Of a stretch of DNA of 64,000 bases, positions 56,001 to 64,000 are shown in pieces (the stretch's first letter is position 1; each line of letters opens with the position of its first letter). The stretch is from Ramazzottius varieornatus. Its lineage: Eukaryota > Animalia > Tardigrada. The translations under genes and the position numbers were made by a program. The stretch covers positions 186,001 to 250,000 of the forward strand of contig BDGG01000016.1 in assembly GCA_001949185.1 (NCBI GenBank), given 5' to 3'. Below the pieces are notes generated by a model. That model ran no database searches and was not told where the DNA came from. It saw only the letters and a program-made list of their open reading frames with translations.

Positions 56001-59000
56001 CGGCAAGTTTATAGTTTGTATGGAAGTCAGGAAACAGATATCGGACAAACGACGTAACGTAGTAAAATTCAACCGTAGAAAATTGTCATGGACAGTGGCC
56101 ATCAGCTGTTTTACTCTAAAGCTTAAACTCTCCTGTCGACTTTGTCTCGAAGTAGCCTTGGAATAGTTTGAGCTGTTGAAGGTGTGCGTGTTCCGGTAAT
56201 GGGGATCTAACTGCTATGATGAACATGACAAGCTTTAGCTCTTCGGCCCAATATCCAGCACGTACGTAAAGAAGTCCAGCCTTCGATGTTGGTTTTTACT
56301 TGTAGCAAGAATCACCTGCCCGTGCCGCCGTAGCGAAAGGGCCTGGTCCGTAATTTTTACTGGTCCGTAATTTTTACTGGCCCGTAATATCCCGTCGTTC
56401 GTGTAGTCTAACTGCTCTGCAGCGTGTAGTTTGAAAACTATTCGCCCCGCAGTGGATTAGGCAGAGTAGGTCAGTTTGCTGGATGGGTTGTTGACCATTT
56501 CCGGCAAGGACGAAAGAGTTTCAGAAACGAAGGCGAAAGGGTGGACGAGAAGATAATGGGCCGTTATCGGGGTTGATTGGGTGCTGCGAGAGTGGACTCT
56601 TCTCCGAAAAGAACGTGCCGTTTACTTGAGCTAGGTCGATAAAAATGTCGCAATTTGTGAGCTTTGTCTATCTTGAAAGCCTCTTGTCCTGCTTGGAAGA
56701 TATGGAAGATAAGGAAGAAGGCAAAAAAGGCGCTGGTGCGTGCAATTTGGATAAGCGCCACCGAAGACAGAAAAAAAGCTAGCGTCTGTTGGCGTATCGT
56801 GATGATGGAGAAGTTGGCCATGGCCTGACAACAAGTTTGTGCTGACGAAGAAACGTTTGGTCCACACTCGTGATGAGTACAGCTTTTCTTTTGCCCGTCG
56901 AGCTTGAAAGCTCCGGCGCTCACACACACCACCACCAAACTTTGACGGTCATCGGCAAGAAGCTGGATTTCTTTTAGGTAGACGTTTGGGCAAAGAGGGA
57001 AGAACCAGCCAGTCAATTCTGTCAACCAAATGCTCAAAACGAAACTCAGGTTTTGTCGCTTGATTTGCTCTGTCGATGGCCTAATCGGTAATGAGGTGAA
57101 GCTCCAGCATCTGTTGTGATGTCGTTTGTCCATGGGAACAATGCGAAGCGAGGACAGGAAATCATAGAAAGAAGGAAGGTATCGTGACGAAGATTCACTG
57201 CGTTTGGTTTTACAGCTGATAGCGGAGTTGGGATGATTAGTTGGGATGATAGCGGTGCTTTGCGAGATGGACAGCCGAAGTACCTTTATCACGTCGTGCA
57301 TATTGACACGAGCATGTTTCTGGTTCTTGTTTGACCGCAGATACGGCTCTGTGGAAAACCGAGTGTTGAAATTGTTGGGGGAGGTTTCAGTGCGTCGGTT
57401 CTACGCGGTTGTGTACTCTGTGCGTCGACGGTGGAGCTTCCACGTCAACATGGCGCAACGTGGACGGTCATGTGAGAAGCCCTAAGCGTCCACGCAATCG
57501 ATTTTTGGTGTAGTCGGAATGGAGAAATGCATTAGCTGGTGCAGCTCGATAGAACGATATGCTTAGCATGAGAACGGCACGCTCTGCAGGAAAGTTTTTG
57601 TCAGCGAAGAAAGAAAGGCTTTGAGGGCTTTTGTCTGCGGGATGTCGTAAAAAAGTAGAAACGCTGACACTGCGTGAACTTGGCTTACAAAGCTCGAGCT
57701 TGACAAGCACTCCATCGTTCACTGCTCTGCAACCTCGACTAGCAGCGTAGAGAACATGCTTCGTTTGGTCATGATAGAGAAATAACATGAAAGCATCCTA
57801 AAGTGCTTTTACGGCCTTTTACGCTGAGGAACGCGTCAATGAGATTGTATGCGCTTATATGGGGATGTGCTGAAACGGAGAGAAAAGACCCTGACGGGTG
57901 TGTCAGCCAGATTTTTCCATAACTGCCCCGGATTACTGTAGTCCAAAATATGGCAGAAATAATCGGGAAATGACATAAAATGGAGAGTAGCACGAGTTTC
58001 AACATAATTTCTGACTGCGTCATGGAATTTTGAGACTAAGTTAATATCAAAGGCAAAATATGCCTGGATTAGATACCGTGTGGAATGTGAGCAGATGGAC
58101 TAAAGCCGATCGTCAACTTAAGTCGTGCACATTTTCATTGTTTTTGGCTGAATGGGTGCGCCACTTGGTTCATTTCATTGGTCCACGTCTCATTTCGCGG
58201 AGAAGAAAATTAATAACAAATTCGAAGAAAAGTGAGAAAGGGTAGTTTTCGTTACCGTGATTGGGAAGTGGATCAATGGTCGACAAGGAGGACAGCATTT
58301 GATTTTTGTACCAAATGTCAGTAGAAATTTGAGCTGTTGATTGGGTCGATAGTAATAAATTTGGTTGTCTCTTGCAGGTTTGGGAAAGTTCAAAGCGTAA
58401 AGCTTTTCGTGAAAGAAAAAGAAGCTAAAGATAGCGTTGGCAACGTTGTGCCAACAAACGGGATCAGTCTGCCAGAAGTTTTGGCAACCGTTGCCTTCAT
58501 CGATATCAAGTCGGCCAACAAGGCGCATTCCACCAAGCATGTCTTGGATGGCCGAACCCTGAAAACTGATTACTACACGCCATCCTCCTCCGCCTCTTCA
58601 TCAGCAACCAACGTCAGCTCACATGTGCCGGAGGGAACAACTGGCGCGGGTGCGAAGACGACAAGTGTTGCTGTCGCCGATCCTCCTTTAGAGAAAGAAG
58701 GACCTCCTGACATTGATGAGCGCTCGCACAACACAGGCAGCTCCGCAAAAGCTGCTCTCAAAAGACGGCACAGTCAAAGGTACGGTATTATTTCCTGGCG
58801 TTTGGATCTCATTCGGTCTTTCCAGTAACCGAAATTGGTTAATTAACCGGTGGAGAATCGAACCGAGGCGGCTTGGCGAAATGCCAGCTGTTCTCAACAC
58901 AGGCTGGAAAAATATTGTAGAGAAATGGCAATCGATTTTGTGTGGCCATATGGCTTGGTGTAACTTGAGTAGAGCGAGGATTTCTCGACTCGTATTTGCG

Positions 59001-62000
59001 TCGGCGGAGGTTTCGAGCTAGTTCGTGTAAAGAGAGCTATGTTTATCATCCCGAAAATCGATGGGTTTTCGTCGATTTATGATGGAAAGTGGAGATTTGG
59101 GCTTTCCATCAGTCGTAATCAGCGCACCGTGCTCAGACAAGCGAACGTGAGGGATGGTTATCGACTAAATGCTGTGTTTGACGACATACTGCGAAAAGTA
59201 ATCGATATCAGAACGCTCGATTACAGTATCCGTTCTGGATACCAGCTGCGAGGGTTTCAGAGTTCGTGGGGAGCCAGCAAATGGCCATTTGCAGGAATGC
59301 TCCCAGCGCATACTTTGTGCCTGTAATAGCCGAAACTAGCGTTTAGTTTTTTGTGTAATGGGCTGTGAAAATATAGAAACACCTGCGTTTAATGACACTT
59401 TAATGAGGAGGGAGTGGTGAAAATGGCGAAAGAAATGGGTGTATTGTATGATACTTCAAAGTGTCGTGGTGCAAAGAAGACCAAGTTCCACAAATGAGCA
59501 CATCGAACAGCGGCGCACTGTTTTGTCTTTGTCTGTATCAGATAGCAGAGACCCTACTGTACTTTGTACGGGTTTCTTGATTATCTGATACACGTAAGGT
59601 GCGAAGGTTCACTCGAACAGTACTAAATACAGGATCAAAGACATTATAAGTAAAAGGGGAAAACTGAGAAAACTGGGAGGCCGGTAAACGAAAGGTGCAA
59701 GGTTATTCCTCAAGTGGCGCACACCTTCGTCCATATTGGCTGGAAGCTCGCGCCACTTGATGGGACGATCTTGGGCGCTTCGACTGACGGTTTCCCAACC
59801 ATGGATAGACAACAGAAGAGCTTTCGGGAAGATATGGTTGTGCGGAAACTAATCCTCGTTTCTTCTTCCAGTGTGCGGGAAGCAGAGTCTTCGGCGGACA
59901 GTAATTCCCAGACTCATTCGGAGGAGGAACTTGGCTTGTCTCGTCCAAACAGGACAACGGGGATCTCGACGGTATCTTCGGCGGATTCTGGCAACTCCAA
60001 TGAAAGGTAAGGATAGTCTGAGGAACCTCAGAGCGAGCAGTGTTTCATGGTTTATGTGGGCTTCAGGACACATGTGAGAACGAGAGTAACGCCAAGGGAA
60101 AAGGAAGGTAGCAGGATAGCGACGGACGTTGACGATCGTGAACGTTCACGAGGGTCGCCTCCACCTTCGAGAACTACTGCGACAAGGCAGCGCATCTCCG
60201 CACATGAACCCACAAGTCTTTCACGGCATAGCTCCCCGCAGCTGCCGGCCTCTGCTGCACATTCCGATGCAGGCAGCGCTGCCGATAGTCCGGGGAGGAA
60301 TACCAGAGAACACTCTCTCGCCAGGTACAACCATCTTCTCCAGATCCATGGCTTTGTCGGTGCGCCAGTATTCACCCTTTTGTTTTCTTTCAGCCAAGGA
60401 GATGACTCGATATCGAGTGCGGGAGATAGATTGCTATTCGAACCGCTGTCAGCCGACAAGCGGCCTTTAGCGATATGTGTGCGGAATTTACCTGCCCGGT
60501 CTTCAGGTATCTATTTATATTTTGCCAAAGTTTTGTGGAAAGGGAATACTTCTTTGAGACTGCGCTCTTCGTTACAGATTCTAGCCTGAAAGATGGCCTA
60601 TTTCATGAATATAAAAAGTATGGTAAGATTGTGGCAGTGAAAGTGCAAGGGAAGGATGCGGAGCGCCATGGAGTAATCTGCTTCAAAAGGTATTCTAGCA
60701 TGATCTATCGGAAAAAAACTGTAAAGAAAATTCTAAAAAGCTGTTGATCGGAACAGTTGAGGATTCCCGGTTACCTCTGTGGTTTTGTCTAGGCCGGAAG
60801 ATGTGGAGAAAGCCTGTGATATGTCCAAGGACAGAAAGTTTTTTGGCGCTAGCGTTCTGGTTAGCCCGCACAAGGAACCGGTGGAGTTGGTCGAAGCTGA
60901 CAAGCGATTGAAAGATGAGGAGATTGACGAGTATCATCAGAAGGCCGGTAGAACGCTGTACGTGGGAGAGCTGGAAAAGGGAACGACGATAGAGGATTTG
61001 AAAGAAACCTTCCGAACATTCGGCGAGGTCTTGGTGCGTTCATCTGGTTTTCGAACGAGTTTGACCGAATGATAATATGCGATGATCATTCTTTTTGCAG
61101 GATGTCGATATCAAAAGGCAGCCGAACGGCAATGCTTATGCATTTATTCAGTTTACTGATATCGTTAGCGTGGTGAAAGCGTTGAAAAAGATGGAGGACA
61201 ACAAGAAGGTTGGATGGGGAAAGACGATGGCGACCAATTGCGTGTGGTGTGACAACCTGCCGGAGAAGATATCGGAGCGGTCCCTGTCGGTGCATTTTGC
61301 CCGAGCTGGCCCGGTTAAGCACATTTCCATTAACCGCGAAAAGGGACAAGCACTGCTCTTTTTCGACACGGTGGACTTTGCTCAAAATGCAATCACTGAT
61401 CTCAGAGGGAAACCTCTGCTCAACCGACGCTTACAGGTAAGAAGGCCGTTCGAACTCAGTACCGTTGACAAAGTATTCTTTGTCCACTAGAACAACTGTC
61501 TTATTCTTTTTTTCCAGCTTGACTTTGCCAGTCGAGAGTTGCAGGGTTTATTCTTCGAAGAAATGGAACGGTCGGGACAGATGTCCGTGGAGAGAAAGTC
61601 TAGTTTCGTTCGGGAAGCGATCACGCACAATGGAAGTACTACCCGCTTTTCCGAAAGGTAAATTTGTCCAACAGTCGGCAAGTTAAGGATGCAAGCCACC
61701 TTGTTGTCCAGTAGTCCAAAAACCATCTGTTTAGTCTGGTCGAAGGTTGAAACTGTTAAGTGAGGGTCCCATGAGGTGCGTAGACCACTTGGGTACCCAA
61801 AGCCAAGAAGTTTCGAGGCGTGCCATGATCAATATTTCGGCATAACATGAAACCATGAAAGATGCCGAAACGGCATGCCATTAAGTTACTCTGTATTTGG
61901 GAATTACAGAGACTCCTTCCTGCCGTTCAACGACGCGAGGAACCACTTGAATAACCGGTCGGCCGAGCTCCGGTATCGCTACGAGAATTCTCGGTCGCGG

Positions 62001-64000
62001 CGAGATCTGGCCGAACCCACGCGGGCTCGAAATGGCGAACGCTCTGTGGACTCGTACGAGCGGGAAGTTGGCTACGGCCAACGAGACCGCCGATCAGGTC
62101 GCTCCGAAAGCCCAAAGAACAGGAACTCGGACAACGAGTCCATTTACAGTGACAAGAGCGAGCATTCCAGCAGTCGTCGCTTCCTGCGGCACTTCAGTCG
62201 GTCCCCTTCGGAATCCATCGAAGACCGAAGCCAGAGAAGGAACAGTTCACAGTCCTACGGGCGAAGAAAGAGCAAAGACTACACTCGGACACACAGCGCA
62301 CGTAGCCCTTCGCCCTCCAGCCCCATCTCGGGCAACGAAGGTTCAGACTCGGAAGGGTCGCCGGTGAGTAGGCAGAAGCAGCGGCTTCGGCAGCTGCAGA
62401 ATGCCGTTATGGAGACCAGTGGACGAAACAGGGGTGTGCTGAAGAGACAGCGCAGTGTCGGACCGAGAACCCCCGAAAGTGGCGGTAGCGAGCGAGCCGG
62501 TACACCGGACGAGCCTCCACCAGATAGTCCACCGCTGGAGAGAGATCGAAGGAAGAGCATGACGGCTGGAACCATCGAAGAAGCCAGGCAGACACTACCG
62601 GTGGCGGCTGGACAAGTGGTGGCGGAAAGAGTGGTGGCGGACAGTAACACTCCCGAAGTGTCGTCTAGTAAGGAAGATAGCCCAACTCTGTTGACCACCG
62701 TCAACTCGGCCAAAGCAAAGGTGGACGGACCAGTCGAGATGGGCAGCGATGTAGTAACGTCCACCGTCAACCATGCTGGATCGCCAAGTCTCGCTGATGA
62801 CCCTTCGGTCCATTCCTCGACAGAGTCGGAGACCTCGAAAAAGTCCGAGACGATGGTGTCGCCACTCCCTCAAAGCATTTCCAACGGTCCCTTACCCGAC
62901 TTCTTCCAAGCAAGACTGGACAAGAAGGGTTCGATGGCGATAAGTCCGGCTGAGTTACCGCTACCAGGTGAGCAACGGGTGCCGGACTAGAAGCAGCGGT
63001 GGCTGTGATGCTTTTCATAATTTGGAACGTGGGCCAATTAATACGAAAACCAGATCATTTTTCTAAGTGGTGCACACCGTCAGCCATTGGCAGTGAGAAT
63101 GTGCGCCACCTGCGAAGGATCTGGTTGAAGTCATTTGCCGACGTCCCGTGGTACGTTTTCGTGACGACAAAGCGCGGTTATTATGGAATGTTGTTCACCG
63201 GGTTGCCTTCCAGGTTTCGCAATGAAGAAGGCTGACAGCGAAGATATCTCCATGGGTGGTTTTAACGACGTCCCGACACCACCATCTTCTCCGCGCTTCA
63301 AGACCTCCTTCCACGACCGGATGAAAGCCCTGGACGAAAAGTTTGAAAAGATCTCCTCGGTCACAGTGGCTATGAGTGGCCTCAAGAACCGCAGTACATC
63401 GCTGAGCGAGGACAAGGCCTCACCAGTGAAGAAAGTGGACAGTTTCATTGGGTCGAACACCAGCCCACTGATGGTCAAACCAGAACCTTTCCTGGAGAAG
63501 AAGTTGGCAAGTACCAACGAGCCGTCGAGTCAAGAAACAAACGGCCTACCACAGGTGTCGAACATTGCTCGCTACACTGCTAACCCGAAATTGACAGTCA
63601 GGTCGGTCTCCACGGCCAGTTCTCTGCTCCCTACCACTCCGACCGCGTCGACTAACACCCAGGAAGTTAAAGAGAAGGTGGACCCGGTGGAGAGGACGGT
63701 GTCAAAGCCTGTAACGGCTGACATCACCGCAAAGATCTTGTCGATAACCAACGAAGCGTCGGCCAAGTTCCACAGTGCGTCTCCGACCACGTCTGTGCTG
63801 AACACTGCTGTGAGCAGTACGGTGGCACCCCCGGTTTCGGTGGTTCCTTCGGCCAAGTGGAATGGCAAGGTTGAGCCGATGGGTGGTGAGGGGAAGCCAG
63901 GTAAAGCGGAGAATGCCAAGACCATCTTTTTCAGTTCAGCCAAGAGTGTCGAAGAAGTGGGCAGAGCCGAAGCCAAGAAAGCCAGCAGTCTCGTGGCGCC
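50093..64000 (+). CDS. spen: Split ends / SPEN (SHARP/MINT), 5' part with four RRMs; continues past the window. Exons 50093-50175, 58378-58779, 59872-60006, 60067-60324, 60394-60506, 60578-60689, 60793-61033, 61101-61436, 61519-61657, ~61911-62967, 63214->64000
   Basis: MVRESRHLWIGNLPEN matches the SPEN N-terminus. Also AFIDIKSANKAH...LKTDY, VRNLPARSS|DSSLKDGLFHEYKKYG, IDEYHQKAGRTLYVGEL, AFIQFTDIVSVVKA, MATNCVW, LQ|LDFASRE and RMKALDEKFEK. Intron 1 is 8.2 kb (50176-58377). Confidence 0.94.
54068..54116. repeat. Paired-motif element copy (spen intron 1)
   Basis: CAAGTGGCGC-N29-GCGCCACTGG, followed by CGATCT. Confidence 0.78.
55948..56403. mobile_element. MITE family A, copy 2, in spen intron 1
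   Basis: Collinear with 2887-3337 over its whole length and in the same orientation. TIRs are slightly decayed, with an extra 17 bp unit in the right TIR. TA follows the right end. Confidence 0.9.
58119..58167. repeat. Paired-motif element copy (spen intron 1)
   Basis: GATCG..TAAGTCGTGC-N29-GCGCCACTTG. The spacer contains CATTGTTTTTGGCTGAA. Confidence 0.68.
59711..59759. repeat. Paired-motif element copy (spen intron 2)
   Basis: CAAGTGGCGC-N29-GCGCCACTTG with perfect arms, followed by CGATCTTG. Confidence 0.8.
63064..63112. repeat. Paired-motif element copy (spen intron 62968-63213)
   Basis: CCAGATC..TAAGTGGTGC-N29-GCGCCACCTG..GATCTGG. Confidence 0.75.

Noticed and set aside
56564-57301. 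245 aa minus-strand ORF in spen intron 1 (also 42934-43467 and 53705-54214)
   Set aside because: No domain motifs, atypical composition and no supporting splice structure. Likely spurious.

Overview
Eukaryotic (animal) genomic DNA from a compact genome with mostly 55-110 bp introns and a few multi-kb introns. The gene content and intron sizes suggest a tardigrade such as Ramazzottius, but this is inference. No prokaryotic features, rRNA, tRNA or CRISPR arrays were seen. Gene order, from exons I spliced by hand: KLF5/dar1-type Kruppel-like factor (-, 932-7663); INF/FHDC1/form3-type formin (-, 8804-24675); CFAP97/hemingway-like gene (+); secreted ependymin/LolA-fold-like gene with a TA-duplicating MITE in its third exon (+); frameshifted intronless BTB pseudogene (-); cytosolic glycerol-3-phosphate dehydrogenase (-); TEAD/scalloped (+); a secreted fungal-Rds1-like ferritin-like gene, a probable domesticated horizontal transfer (+); and the 5' part of split ends/SPEN (+, runs off the window). 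Two copies of a ~450 bp MITE lie in the KLF and spen introns. The most striking unexplained signal is a dispersed non-coding element seen at least 9 times. It has inverted CAAGTGGCGC / GCGCCACTTG arms 29 bp apart (28 in one copy) across divergent spacers, often framed by AGATC...GATCT, and occurs in both orientations. Other points of interest are a probable GC-AG intron splitting the ferritin ExxH metal motif, a possible decayed Argonaute PIWI relic in a formin intron, and a structured segment in spen intron 1.
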